Under the pieces are notes generated by a model. The model had not been told where the DNA came from. It made no database searches and worked only from the letters and a program-made list of their open reading frames with translations. From NCBI GenBank assembly GCA_040235475.1, contig JBECKY010000023.1, positions 72 through 64,071 on the forward strand: DNA of 64,000 bases. Direction: 5' to 3'. The position numbers and the translations under genes are program-made. Shown piece by piece: positions 8,583-19,122 of this stretch. Within the stretch, counting starts at the first letter, position 1; each line of letters begins with the position of its first letter. This DNA comes from Pseudomonadales bacterium. Its GTDB lineage: Bacteria > Pseudomonadota > Gammaproteobacteria > Pseudomonadales > UBA3067.

Positions 8583-11500
8583 ATGAAGGATCTATTAAAA
8601 GCTATTTTTAATACCATTTTTAGTATCCCGACTTTTTTTATTGGCCGTTTTTCATGGGCGGCGCCACCTTGGCTGCAGGCAATCAATAATTATCGGAAAA
8701 ATAACCCCAAGCCTTTTTGGGGGTTTCTATTATTGTTATTGCTCGTATTTTCCTGGTATCAATATGATCTGAGTTTGCCAAAGCCCGTTTATGTAGTGGC
8801 TTCAATTACAGCGCCCGATTTAACGCCGAATATAAGCAATGCCAAGCCAGATTCTGTATTAGTTGATTTCGACTATGATTTTAGTGCGCTGCATGCTGAG
8901 CAATTGGCTCCTGAGGGTGAGGCGAGTGTGGCACGTATTGATTTAGTCGGTAAAGAAGTACCTCAGGGTATAACAATAGAGCCTGCCATGCCAGGTAAAT
9001 GGCAATGGCAAACGGATCGGCGTTTGGTATTTACACCGGAAAAAGACTGGCCCGCAGGAACAGAATATAAGGTTACTTTCGCAAAAAATATATTTGTTCA
9101 GGAAGCCAGGTTTAAGCAGTACGATTATTCATTTCAAAGCCCTGCTTTTGCTATTCAATCGAGTGAGTTAAGTTTCTATCAAGACCCCAGAGATATGAGT
9201 GTCAGGCGGGTGGTGGCCACTTTGACATTGTCACACCCGGTGGATGCTAAGAGCCTGGAAAGTAAACTGTCCATGTCAATGCGTGCTGCCGATGAAACCG
9301 CCAGTGCTAAAGCAAAAGCCTATAATTTTACGGTTACTTACGATCAAAATCAAAGAGAAGCGTATGTTCAATCTGAAACGATAAATTTGCCTGATAAGAG
9401 TAATTACATGAGTTTGGAGCTTGCCAAAGGCGTTGAATCAATTTTAGGCGGGGAAGCGTCAAAAACAACCCTGGAAAAGAGACTGTTAATACCCGATGTA
9501 TACAGCTTTTTAAAAATCAGTAATGCGCAAACAAAAATATTCCCTAATGAAAAACAGCAGCCTGAGCAGTTGTTAATGCTTGCGTTTACCGACGACATTG
9601 CTGAAGAGGAACTATTAAACAAGCTTGAGGTTTATCTGCTACCGAAAATAAATAACAAGAAAGAGACTAACTACTGGAATGGCCCAAGAGAAGTAACTCA
9701 GCAGGTGGTGAGTCAGTCAGAAAAACTAAACTTACGCCTTGTACCCAACGAAAAATCATTTTCAAAACATTATAACTTTGTATTTGATGTTCCAGAAGGA
9801 CGATACCTTTATGTAAACATAAAGCCGGGCTTGACCTCGGTGAATAGGTTTATTAAAGCTTCATTGTACGACAATGTACTAATTGCACCCTCCTACCCTA
9901 AAACAATTAACATTATGGGCGATGGCTCGGTGTTAACTTTTTCAGGAGAAAATAAACTCAGCTTACTGTCACGCGGTTTGAATTCGCTGAAAATTTCTGT
10001 GGGCAAAGTCATGCCTGATCAGATTCACCATTTGGTGAATCAAACCAGTGGCGATATTAAAGATCCTTATTTCTCCAATTATCAATTTTCATATCAAAAT
10101 GTTGCCGACTACGGCGAAGAAATTATTTCGCTTAAGCCTGCTCATCCCAAGGAAGCCAATTACGCCCATGTGGATTTGTCAAAATACCTGGTCGGTAAGC
10201 AAGGAAAGTATGAAAAGTATGGTTTGTTCTTTGTCGAGGTTAAAGGCTGGAATAAGCATGTAAATAGAGAGATATACGGTGTATCGGATAAACGCCTGAT
10301 CATGGTGACGGATCTGGGTTTATTGGTTAAAGATAATGCTGATCATTCCCACGAGGTTTTTGTGCAATCGATCCAAACCGGTAAGCCAGTGGCCAATGCC
10401 CAGGTTGCATTATTGGGTAAGAACGGTATTGCCTTATTCAAAAAAACAAGCTCAAGTGACGGGCATGTCAGTTTTCCAAATACCAAGGGTTTTGAAAATG
10501 AAAAACAGCCTAATGTATACCTTGTAAAAACCCAAAATGACATGTCTTTTATTCCCTTTCAGCGTTACTCAAGGCAAATAAATTATTCAAAATTTGATGT
10601 CGGTGGCGTCAGTAGAAGTCGGTCCAGCAGCCAAAGTTTAAGCGCCTATGTGTTTACCGATAGAGGCATCTATCGACCGGGTGAAGCGGTTAATATCGCC
10701 GCCATTGTTAAAAGTGAACGTTTTGATAATACAGAAGGTATTCCCCTTGAAGTGGTGATCCTCGGCCCGCGCAGAAACGAAACTAAAGTTGAGAAGGTAA
10801 TACTGCCTGAAAAAGGCCTGTTTGATTTTAACTACCCCACTCATGCAAGCTCAGATACAGGTCTTTATCAAGTGGATGTTTATCTGGTGCGGAGCAATAA
10901 AGATCGCGGACGGATGATTGGTTCTGGTACCTTTAAAGTAGAGGAGTTTCAGCCCGATACCCTCAAAATAGAAAGCAAGCTGGTCGGTGCCAAACAAAAG
11001 GGCTGGTCTACTGAAAAGTCTGTAGTGGCCAAGGTCGAATTAAAAAATCTTTTTGGTGCGGCCGCTCAAGATAGAAAAATCACCGGAAAGATTAGCGTTA
11101 GGCCAAGCAATTTTAATTTTAAGCAATATAAGGATTATGCTTTTACCGACCCCTATAAAGATACCAAAGCTAGTCAGCAGAGCCAGTTAACTCTGGATGA
11201 AAAACTTGCAGATAAAATAAGCGATGCAGAAGGCCGAGCAAGCTTTGAAATTTCACTGGACCGATTTGATCAAGGTACCTACACCCTGGATTTTACCGCT
11301 GAGGGTTTTGAGCAGGGCGGTGGCCGAAGTGTGATTGCCAAAAACAGGATGATGCTTTCACCATTGCCCTACCTGGTAGGCTATAAAAGCGATGGTAAGC
11401 TGAATTATATCAATATCAACGGTGAACGCTCGCTTAATTTAATAGTGCTTAATGCCAATTTGGAAACAGAGGCAAAAACCGGCTTAAAAGTACGTCTAAA

Positions 11501-14366
11501 AGAAATACAGCATGTGTCGACTTTGATTAAGCAAAAAAATGGCACCTTTAAATACCAGACGGTGGATAAAGAAAAAGAAATAAATGCGTTTAAACTCGAT
11601 ATAGCCAAAGCAGGTACAGATTATAAATTACCAACTCACGCCCCTGGGGATTTTGTTCTGGAAATTTATAATGAAGCAGCGCTTAAACTCAGTAGTATTC
11701 ATTATAGCGTTGTCGGCTATGCTAATTTGACGGGTAAGCTGGAAAATAATGCTGAGTTGCAATTAAAGCTCAATAAAAAAGATTACAAGCCCGGTGAATT
11801 GATTGAAATGAATATACGGGCACCCTATGTGGGATCCGGACTAATTACCATTGAAACCGATAAAGTTCATGCCTTTAAATGGTTTAGCACCACAACAGAG
11901 AGCGCCATTGAATCTATTTCTGTGCCCATGGGTCTTGAAGGTAATGCTTATGTGAATGTCAGTTTTGTCAGGGATATCAATTCAAAGGAAATATTCACCA
12001 GCCCCTTAAGCTATGCCGTTGAACCTTTTACCATTGATCGCAGCAAGCGTGAAGTGGAGGTTGTGTTGGGCGTGGACGAAATTGTGCGGCCAGGTAAGGC
12101 TATGAACATAAGTTATTCATCGTCTGCTGATTCGAAAGCGATTATCTTTGCTGTGGATGAAGGCATTTTGCAAGTGGCTAATTATAAAACCCCTGCACCT
12201 TTGGATCACTTCTTGCGAAAGCGTTCTCTGGATGTAAAAACCTTGCAGATACTTGATCTGATTATGCCTGAATTTAATCTGCTTAAAGAGTTTGCTGCCA
12301 GTGGTGGCGGTATGGCTGATATGCTTAAAATGCAGGCCCTTGCTAAAAACCTCAATCCATTTTCAAGAAAAGTGGATGCACCAGCGGTGTACTGGTCGGG
12401 AGTTGTCGACGCCAGCGAAGCAGAAAAAAACCTAAGTTTCACTGTGCCCGATACCTTTTCCGGCACCTTACGTGTCATGGCCGTTGCGGTGAGTGATAAT
12501 GCCATGGGTGTTGATTCAGCTTCAGTATTAGCGCGCGGCCCTTTTGTGATTTCGCCCTACGTATTAACCCAGGCGGCCCCTGGCGATGAGTTTCAGGTAA
12601 CGGTGGGAGTGGCAAATATTGTCGAAGGCTCCGGCAAAGACGCAAATGTCAGCATAGAGGTGCAGGCATCTAAACATCTGGAAATTGTCGGCGTCAACAA
12701 AGCCACATTAAAAATCAGTGAAGGTGCTGAAGGCAAGGCTAATTTTAAGGTTAAAGCCAAAGACGTTCTAGGTGCGGCAGAGCTGGAGTTTAAGGTTCGT
12801 TTGGGCAAAGAAGAGGCCAGTAGATCTGCCAGCCTGAGTATCAGGCCCGCTATGCCTTATTATTCAAGCTTCGACAGTGGTTATGAAAAAGATGGCACGG
12901 CAGAACTCCCCATTAACCGTGCTTTGTATGCAGACCTTGCCAGCCAAAAAGTCTCTGCTTCTGCCAGCCCCCTGGTCTTGGTTGATGGGTTGTCGTCCTA
13001 CCTGGAGCATTTCCCCCATGGTTGTACCGAACAGGTTGTTAGTCAGGTGTTTCCTCTGCTGGGCTTAATGACGCATCCAGGCTTTGAACCCCGCAGTGAA
13101 GAAACCCGGGTCAAATTCACTCACTTGATTGACAAACTGCGTGAGCGGCAATTGGGTAACGGCGGTTTCAGCTTTTGGCCTGGAGGGCGTACGAGTGCTG
13201 AATTTCCCAGCGTATATGTGATGCATTTTCTTATTGAAGCCCGTGACCTGGGTTATTCGGTACCTCAAGATATGATTCAAAGAGGAAAGGACTTCCTCAA
13301 TACCTATGTCAGTCAAGAGGCAGCTAACCTTGAGGAGGCATTGGTTAGAGCCAATGCCATTTATCTGCTCACCAGATTGGGCGATGTAACGACCAATTAC
13401 TTGGTTCACCTCCAGGAATATCTTGAGGCAAATTATAAAAAACAATGGCAGAGCGATTTAAGCGCAGTCTATATGGCGGCAACCTATCAGCTTTTACAAA
13501 AACAAGCGGAGTCAGAAAAACTTATTGATCGTTATAAACTAGGCACACGCAATGCCGATCAATACGGCGATTTCTTCTCACCGCTTACCCAGGATGCGCA
13601 ATACCTGTATTTGCTGGCAAAACACTTTGAGCCCCGCGCCCGTAAAATAGCCGGTGAAGAGCTGTTGCAATTGATTCAGCCGGTTTTTGAAGGCCAATAT
13701 AATACCATTGCCTCAGCTTATAGTATTTTGGCACTGGGGGCCTATAGCAAACTGGTTTTGGGTAGTGATTACAAGGAGGCCATTGATTTTAGTATGCAGG
13801 AAGAAAAGGCTGAACGGGTTAAATTGTCTGCTCAGCAGAAACCTTTTATGAGTGCGCTTTACACAGCAGTCGCCCGAAAAATAATTATTAATAGCCAAAC
13901 TCCCTTATTTTATTTAAATGCACAATCCGGCTTTGACAAAAATTTGCCAAGCAAGGTGGTGAGAGAAGGTTTGGAAATCAGCAGGGAGTTTTTGGATGAC
14001 AATGGTAAAAAAATCAGCAGTTTTGAACAAGGAAAAGAAATTACTGTGAAACTGCGCATTCGAGCCTTAGATAAAGCCGTTACCAATGTTGCTGTCGTGG
14101 ATTTATTGCCCGGAGGTTTTGAAGTGATCAGAAGCTCTGTACCGCGAACGGCTTACAACTGGCGGGCGGATTATGTTGATGTGCGTGAAGACAGAATAGT
14201 GATCTATGGTGATTTTGATACTTCGCTTAAAGAATTAGCCTATCGGGTAAAACTCACCGCCGCCGGACACTTTGTGGTGCCACCGGCGTTTGCCGATTCC
14301 ATGTATAACCGTGCTATTCGTGGCAGTAGTAAAGCGGGAGAATTTGAAGTTATACCGGCAAAATGA
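8583..14366 (+). CDS. yfhM: bacterial alpha-2-macroglobulin family protein with thioester (YfhM/ECAM-like), N-terminal membrane anchor
   Basis: 1927 aa. Thioester motif GCTEQ (Cys1481, nt 13023-13034). Hydrophobic anchor FWGFLLLLLLVFSWY with no lipobox Cys. The stop codon overlaps the pbpC start. Confidence 0.9.
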   Translation: MKDLLKAIFNTIFSIPTFFIGRFSWAAPPWLQAINNYRKNNPKPFWGFLLLLLLVFSWYQYDLSLPKPVYVVASITAPDLTPNISNAKPDSVLVDFDYDFSALHAEQLAPEGEASVARIDLVGKEVPQGITIEPAMPGKWQWQTDRRLVFTPEKDWPAGTEYKVTFAKNIFVQEARFKQYDYSFQSPAFAIQSSELSFYQDPRDMSVRRVVATLTLSHPVDAKSLESKLSMSMRAADETASAKAKAYNFTVTYDQNQREAYVQSETINLPDKSNYMSLELAKGVESILGGEASKTTLEKRLLIPDVYSFLKISNAQTKIFPNEKQQPEQLLMLAFTDDIAEEELLNKLEVYLLPKINNKKETNYWNGPREVTQQVVSQSEKLNLRLVPNEKSFSKHYNFVFDVPEGRYLYVNIKPGLTSVNRFIKASLYDNVLIAPSYPKTINIMGDGSVLTFSGENKLSLLSRGLNSLKISVGKVMPDQIHHLVNQTSGDIKDPYFSNYQFSYQNVADYGEEIISLKPAHPKEANYAHVDLSKYLVGKQGKYEKYGLFFVEVKGWNKHVNREIYGVSDKRLIMVTDLGLLVKDNADHSHEVFVQSIQTGKPVANAQVALLGKNGIALFKKTSSSDGHVSFPNTKGFENEKQPNVYLVKTQNDMSFIPFQRYSRQINYSKFDVGGVSRSRSSSQSLSAYVFTDRGIYRPGEAVNIAAIVKSERFDNTEGIPLEVVILGPRRNETKVEKVILPEKGLFDFNYPTHASSDTGLYQVDVYLVRSNKDRGRMIGSGTFKVEEFQPDTLKIESKLVGAKQKGWSTEKSVVAKVELKNLFGAAAQDRKITGKISVRPSNFNFKQYKDYAFTDPYKDTKASQQSQLTLDEKLADKISDAEGRASFEISLDRFDQGTYTLDFTAEGFEQGGGRSVIAKNRMMLSPLPYLVGYKSDGKLNYININGERSLNLIVLNANLETEAKTGLKVRLKEIQHVSTLIKQKNGTFKYQTVDKEKEINAFKLDIAKAGTDYKLPTHAPGDFVLEIYNEAALKLSSIHYSVVGYANLTGKLENNAELQLKLNKKDYKPGELIEMNIRAPYVGSGLITIETDKVHAFKWFSTTTESAIESISVPMGLEGNAYVNVSFVRDINSKEIFTSPLSYAVEPFTIDRSKREVEVVLGVDEIVRPGKAMNISYSSSADSKAIIFAVDEGILQVANYKTPAPLDHFLRKRSLDVKTLQILDLIMPEFNLLKEFAASGGGMADMLKMQALAKNLNPFSRKVDAPAVYWSGVVDASEAEKNLSFTVPDTFSGTLRVMAVAVSDNAMGVDSASVLARGPFVISPYVLTQAAPGDEFQVTVGVANIVEGSGKDANVSIEVQASKHLEIVGVNKATLKISEGAEGKANFKVKAKDVLGAAELEFKVRLGKEEASRSASLSIRPAMPYYSSFDSGYEKDGTAELPINRALYADLASQKVSASASPLVLVDGLSSYLEHFPHGCTEQVVSQVFPLLGLMTHPGFEPRSEETRVKFTHLIDKLRERQLGNGGFSFWPGGRTSAEFPSVYVMHFLIEARDLGYSVPQDMIQRGKDFLNTYVSQEAANLEEALVRANAIYLLTRLGDVTTNYLVHLQEYLEANYKKQWQSDLSAVYMAATYQLLQKQAESEKLIDRYKLGTRNADQYGDFFSPLTQDAQYLYLLAKHFEPRARKIAGEELLQLIQPVFEGQYNTIASAYSILALGAYSKLVLGSDYKEAIDFSMQEEKAERVKLSAQQKPFMSALYTAVARKIIINSQTPLFYLNAQSGFDKNLPSKVVREGLEISREFLDDNGKKISSFEQGKEITVKLRIRALDKAVTNVAVVDLLPGGFEVIRSSVPRTAYNWRADYVDVREDRIVIYGDFDTSLKELAYRVKLTAAGHFVVPPAFADSMYNRAIRGSSKAGEFEVIPAK

Positions 14367-16804
14367 GAGCAATCGATAAATTAAAACAACTACTACACTT
14401 TTCTGGCAATGGCGGGGTGTGGCGATGTAATTGGCAAAGCGGATTACTGCCACGCATTTTTGTTTTCACCATGGTTTTAATCATATTAGCGGCACTCACC
14501 ATTACTGCAAGCTACCTGTTTTGCCTAAAGCCTGAACTTGTCACCTATCAAAGCTATTCCCGCGCTTTTTTCGACCGCAACGACGCTTTGATGCGTATGA
14601 CCCTGGCAGCAGACCAGCGTTATAGAATTTATACGCCCATCGATGAAGTGTCGAATACCTTTCGTGATGCAAGCATTCTCTATGAAGATAAAAACTTTTA
14701 TAGTCATGCCGGCGTTGATTTACCGGCAATTATTCGCGCCTTCTGGAGCACCTATGTGAGCCGCGAGCGTAGAATAGGTGCTTCAACCATTACCATGCAG
14801 GTAGCGCGATTACGCTGGCGCATTGATACCACCCGTATTTCCGGGAAACTACGGCAAATTATCCATGCGCTTCAGCTTACCCGGCACTATGGAAAAAACC
14901 AAATACTCGAAGCCTACTTTAACCTGGCGTCCTATGGCAGAAACATAGAGGGTGTAGGCGCAGCCAGCCTAATCTATTTTAATAAACCTGCCAGTGCACT
15001 CAGTTTGCCTGAAGCTTTAGCGCTGGCGGTTATTCCACAAAATCCAAATCGCAGAAATCCAAGCGTTGAAAAAGGCCGTTTGGCTTTATATGCAGCGCGT
15101 AGCCATTTATATCAACGCTGGCTGCAAGACCATCCTGAAGACACATTTCAATCGGCTTTTATGACTATGCCACTGGCCGTTAGGCCACCTGAAGCGCTGC
15201 CATTTATTGCACCACATTTTGTTGATCAGCTAAATGCCAGCTTACCTTGGCTGGAAAGCGGCATTATTAAAACCAGCATTGATAAAAATCAGCAAAAATT
15301 AGCCGAAAAAGTGCTTTCAGCTTATGTGCAGCGAAGAAAAAGTGAGCGTATCAACAATGCCGCCGCCATGCTGTTGAATTATAAAACCATGGAAGTGGAG
15401 GCATTGGTAGGCTCTGCTGATTTCTTTGATCAAAAAATCAATGGCCAGGTAAATGGCGTAAGCGCTAAACGTTCGCCCGGTTCGGCTTTAAAACCGTTCG
15501 TCTATGCCTTGGCTCTGGACCAGGGTGTGATCCACCCGATGACCATGCTAAAAGATTCAAAAAAACGCTTTGGTGGTTTTACGCCTGAAAATTACGACCA
15601 GCAATTTCTTGGACCGGTATTCGCAAGAGACGCGCTAATTACCAGCCGGAATGTGCCAGCTGTTGATTTGCAATCGCAATTACCCGGTATGAGCTTTTAT
15701 CAATTTCTTAAAAAAGCTCAAGTGAGCGGTTTAAAGGAAGAAGCCCATTACGGTTTGGCCCTGGCTCTGGGCGGTGGTGAATTGACCATGCAAGAAATAG
15801 TCAGGCTTTATGCCATGCTGGCCAATGGTGGGCGCTTAAAAGCGATTAAAAGTTTGCGAGACGAGCAGCCTCAGCAGTCAATAGACAAAACCGACAGCGA
15901 ACAATTACTCAGCCCCGAAGCAAGTTTTCTAATCCTGGATATACTCAAAGATAACCCGGCCCCTTTTGTTAAAGAAAGCATCGGCTCGGTAAACCGGCGT
16001 AACCATATTGCCTGGAAAACCGGAACTTCCTTTGCGTTCCGGGACGCCTGGGCAGTGGGTATTTCCGGCCCCTATGTGCTGGCTGTATGGGTCGGGGATT
16101 TTCAGGGCAGTGGTAACCCGGCATTTATTGGCCGAAAAGCAGCAGGGCCCTTGTTATTTGAATTATTTGCCGTTTTGCAAGCCAATGAAGATTGGCGTGT
16201 TGATGATGCCGTGGATCCGGCCAAGCTGAATTTAAGTAAAATATCAGTGTGTGCCAATACCGGTGATTTACCTGGGCGTTACTGCCCGCAAACAAAACCA
16301 GCCTGGTTTATTCCGGGGGTTTCACCAATAAAGGTTTCAACGGTGCACCGGGCAATACCTATAGATAAACAAACCGGTCTCAGGGCCTGCTGGCACCAAT
16401 CAGGTGAAACCGAATTAAAAGTTTACGAGTTTTGGCCATCGGATTTTTTAAATATTTTTCAAGCAGCGGGTATATCCTTGAGAACACCTCCAGCTTACGC
16501 AAAAGCGTGTACCTTAAACGCGATTAGCAGCACGGGGCAGGAACCGCTGATTAAATCCCCTTTGCCAGGTATTACCTATGCATTACAAAGCGACAAAGAA
16601 ACTCAGGACGCGATCCCGCTTTCAGCGGTAGTCGATGCGGATGTTAAAGAATTATTCTGGTTTATTGGCAGTGAGTTTGTCGGCAAATCAAGAAAAAACC
16701 AGCCACTTTTTTGGCGGCCGCACGATGGGGAGTTTAATGTTAGGGTGGTGGATGATCATGGGCGGGCAGCTCAAAGTGCTTTTAAAGTGTCTTTTGTGCG
16801 TTAG
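14363..16804 (+). CDS. pbpC: penicillin-binding protein 1C (bifunctional glycosyltransferase/transpeptidase)
   Basis: 813 aa. GT51 motifs EDKNFYSHAGVD and GASTITMQ. Transpeptidase motifs SALK (SxxK), SRN and KTGTS. N-terminal TM helix. ATGA overlap with the A2M gene. Confidence 0.9.
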   Translation: MRAIDKLKQLLHFSGNGGVWRCNWQSGLLPRIFVFTMVLIILAALTITASYLFCLKPELVTYQSYSRAFFDRNDALMRMTLAADQRYRIYTPIDEVSNTFRDASILYEDKNFYSHAGVDLPAIIRAFWSTYVSRERRIGASTITMQVARLRWRIDTTRISGKLRQIIHALQLTRHYGKNQILEAYFNLASYGRNIEGVGAASLIYFNKPASALSLPEALALAVIPQNPNRRNPSVEKGRLALYAARSHLYQRWLQDHPEDTFQSAFMTMPLAVRPPEALPFIAPHFVDQLNASLPWLESGIIKTSIDKNQQKLAEKVLSAYVQRRKSERINNAAAMLLNYKTMEVEALVGSADFFDQKINGQVNGVSAKRSPGSALKPFVYALALDQGVIHPMTMLKDSKKRFGGFTPENYDQQFLGPVFARDALITSRNVPAVDLQSQLPGMSFYQFLKKAQVSGLKEEAHYGLALALGGGELTMQEIVRLYAMLANGGRLKAIKSLRDEQPQQSIDKTDSEQLLSPEASFLILDILKDNPAPFVKESIGSVNRRNHIAWKTGTSFAFRDAWAVGISGPYVLAVWVGDFQGSGNPAFIGRKAAGPLLFELFAVLQANEDWRVDDAVDPAKLNLSKISVCANTGDLPGRYCPQTKPAWFIPGVSPIKVSTVHRAIPIDKQTGLRACWHQSGETELKVYEFWPSDFLNIFQAAGISLRTPPAYAKACTLNAISSTGQEPLIKSPLPGITYALQSDKETQDAIPLSAVVDADVKELFWFIGSEFVGKSRKNQPLFWRPHDGEFNVRVVDDHGRAAQSAFKVSFVR

Positions 16805-16890
16805 TGCTTTATAGATTGGCAAACGCAATTAACGTTCTCATAATAGGGCTATAGATGATTAGAAATCTAAGAGAACCTCTGAATTAAATC

Positions 16891-17673
16891 ATGAACGCTT
16901 ACCTTGAGTCCAAACTATCCAATGTCTTGAGTTCATGCTGCGCCATCGCGTTTGTCTGCTTTGGTTTTGTCAGTGGCATGTCGAGTGCTTTGGCTTTAGA
17001 TCTTGAAGAAAACAGTCATCAAAATCAGAATCAATGCGTGATTCTTTTACACGGTATGGCCCGGACTAAAGCATCAATGAATAAACTGGAGAAAGCTTTA
17101 AAGAAAAATAATTACCAGGTGGTGAATGACGGTTACCCTTCCACAAAACATGCTGTTGAGGTGTTGGCCGAGCTGGCTATTCCTAAGGCGATAAAGACTT
17201 GTTTGCAAAATGACAAGGTTGAAAAAATCCATTTTATCACCCATTCTTTAGGTGGGATTTTAGTCCGTTATTATTTGTCTAAGCACGCTTTGGATAAACT
17301 TGGCCGGGTGGTAATGTTAAGTCCGCCGAATAAGGGCAGTGAGGTGGTTGATACCCTGAATAAGGTACCCGGGTTTTTTGCCTTGAACGGCCCGGCAGGC
17401 TTGCAACTGGGTACAGAAGAAAACAGCATCGTAAATAAACTCGGCCCGGTTTCATATGAAGTGGGTGTTATTACCGGCAATAAAAGCGTTAACCTGATTT
17501 TGTCGACCATGATACCCGGAGATGACGACGGCAAGGTTTCCCTGGCGAGTGCCAGGCTCGAAGGCATGGCAGATTATAGGGTGCTGCCTCACAGTCATCC
17601 GTTTATTATGCGCAGTCAATCAGCGATTAAACAAAGCTTATATTTTTTGCAAAATGGAAAATTTGAAAGGTGA
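16891..17673 (+). CDS. exported alpha/beta-fold hydrolase (esterase/lipase-like)
   Basis: 260 aa. Signal peptide ending SSALA-LD. Nucleophile elbow HSLGG (GxSxG). Oxyanion-region ILLHGM. Confidence 0.7.
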   Translation: MNAYLESKLSNVLSSCCAIAFVCFGFVSGMSSALALDLEENSHQNQNQCVILLHGMARTKASMNKLEKALKKNNYQVVNDGYPSTKHAVEVLAELAIPKAIKTCLQNDKVEKIHFITHSLGGILVRYYLSKHALDKLGRVVMLSPPNKGSEVVDTLNKVPGFFALNGPAGLQLGTEENSIVNKLGPVSYEVGVITGNKSVNLILSTMIPGDDDGKVSLASARLEGMADYRVLPHSHPFIMRSQSAIKQSLYFLQNGKFER

Positions 17674-17676
17674 TTA

Positions 17677-18345
17677 ATGATGTCTAACCAAACACTAGAG
17701 TTGAATGATGCAATTTATAAATACCTGCTTGAACATTCGTTGCGAGAAACAGCGGTATTAAAAGCCTTAAGGAAAGAGACCATGTCACTTGAAATGGCAC
17801 GGATGCAAATTGCGCCAGAGCAGGGGCAGTTTATGGCATTGCTGGTGTCTATGTTGGGCGCTAAAAATATTATCGAGGTGGGTGTGTTCACCGGTTACAG
17901 CACCTTATGTATGGCCCAGGCATTACCTGAAGGCGGGCGGATTGTTGCCTGTGATATTAGTGAGGACTGGAGCAATATTGCCAGCAAATATTGGCAGGCA
18001 GCCGCAGTGGCAGACAAAATTGACTTACGCCTGGCTCCGGCGCAAGAAACCCTTGCTGCAATGATTGCGAAGGGTGAACAAGGGCAATACGATTTCGCAT
18101 TTATAGATGCTGATAAGGGAAACTACACCACTTATTATGAACAATGCCTTGAACTGTTAAGGCCCGGCGGAGTGCTTGCGGTTGATAATGTCCTGTGGGG
18201 CGGTAATGTTGCAGACAGCAGCATTAATGATGAAGAAACCCTTGCTATCAGGGCGTTGAATCAACACATTCATCAAGACCAACGGGTTGAGTTCTCGCTG
18301 GTTCCCATTGGTGATGGTCTGACTTTAGCCAGAAAAAAAACTTAG
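17677..18345 (+). CDS. class I SAM-dependent O-methyltransferase (caffeoyl-CoA O-methyltransferase-like)
   Basis: 222 aa. SAM motif IIEVGVFTGYST, plus FIDADKGNY and LRPGGVLAVDNVLW typical of the cation-dependent OMT family. It starts 3 nt after the hydrolase stop. Confidence 0.8.
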   Translation: MMSNQTLELNDAIYKYLLEHSLRETAVLKALRKETMSLEMARMQIAPEQGQFMALLVSMLGAKNIIEVGVFTGYSTLCMAQALPEGGRIVACDISEDWSNIASKYWQAAAVADKIDLRLAPAQETLAAMIAKGEQGQYDFAFIDADKGNYTTYYEQCLELLRPGGVLAVDNVLWGGNVADSSINDEETLAIRALNQHIHQDQRVEFSLVPIGDGLTLARKKT

Positions 18346-18513
18346 CTCTATAAATCAATGGCTTGGAATTAACGCTTTGTTTTTTTGCTGCCGTACTCAG
18401 GCAGTTGTGCCATGGTTTTGAATTAGCCGATTGCGTAAAGTCCTGCTACAATCTCCAGCCTTGATTTTAACGCTTGTGGGCAGTGCTTGGGCCTATTGAA
18501 GCAGGAGTATTAG

Positions 18514-19122
18514 GTGTCCATACGCTATGTAGCCTCGTCAAAATTACCCACTGAGTGGGGTGTTTTTGATATCCACGGTTTTGAAGATGTAGAAAGCGGC
18601 AAAGAACATATTGCGCTGACTTTTGGTGATGTGAGTAAAGGCGGGCCGGTGTTGGCCAGAGTCCACTCAGAGTGCCTGACCGGTGATGCCCTGTTCAGTC
18701 AGCGCTGTGATTGTGGCTCGCAACTCAAAGAAGCCATGAGCCGCATTGCCAAGGAAGGCCGCGGGGTGATTTTGTATCTGCGCCAGGAAGGTCGAGGTAT
18801 TGGCCTGCTTAATAAAATCAAGGCCTACCATTTACAAGATGCCGGAGCCGACACGGTTGAGGCCAACGAGCAACTGGGTTTTGGTGCCGACCAGCGCGAG
18901 TATGCGATGTGTGATGAGATGTTAAAACACCTGAAAATCACGCAACTAAAACTGCTAACCAATAACCCCAAAAAAGTAGCTTCTTTAGAAAGTTACGGCT
19001 ATGAAGTCGTGGCAAGGGTGCCCTTGCATACGGGGCGTAACCCCCACAATGAACGCTACCTTGAAACCAAGCAAGACAAGCTGGGCCACCTGATGACGGA
19101 TAAAAAAAATAAAAAAGACTAA
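18514..19122 (+). CDS. ribA: GTP cyclohydrolase II
   Basis: 202 aa. GTG start with an AGGAG SD 6 nt upstream. Zinc site [19 protein letters not shown]. Colinear with E. coli RibA. Confidence 0.9.
   Translation: MSIRYVASSKLPTEWGVFDIHGFEDVESGKEHIALTFGDVSKGGPVLARVHSECLTGDALFSQRCDCGSQLKEAMSRIAKEGRGVILYLRQEGRGIGLLNKIKAYHLQDAGADTVEANEQLGFGADQREYAMCDEMLKHLKITQLKLLTNNPKKVASLESYGYEVVARVPLHTGRNPHNERYLETKQDKLGHLMTDKKNKKD

Noticed and set aside
18346-18513. Possible FMN riboswitch or terminator in the 168-nt spacer upstream of ribA.
   Set aside because: None of the conserved FMN-element sequence blocks are visible. The only hairpin (CTGCC 18388-18392 with GGCAG 18400-18404) is 5 bp, is preceded rather than followed by the T-run, and is too weak to call.
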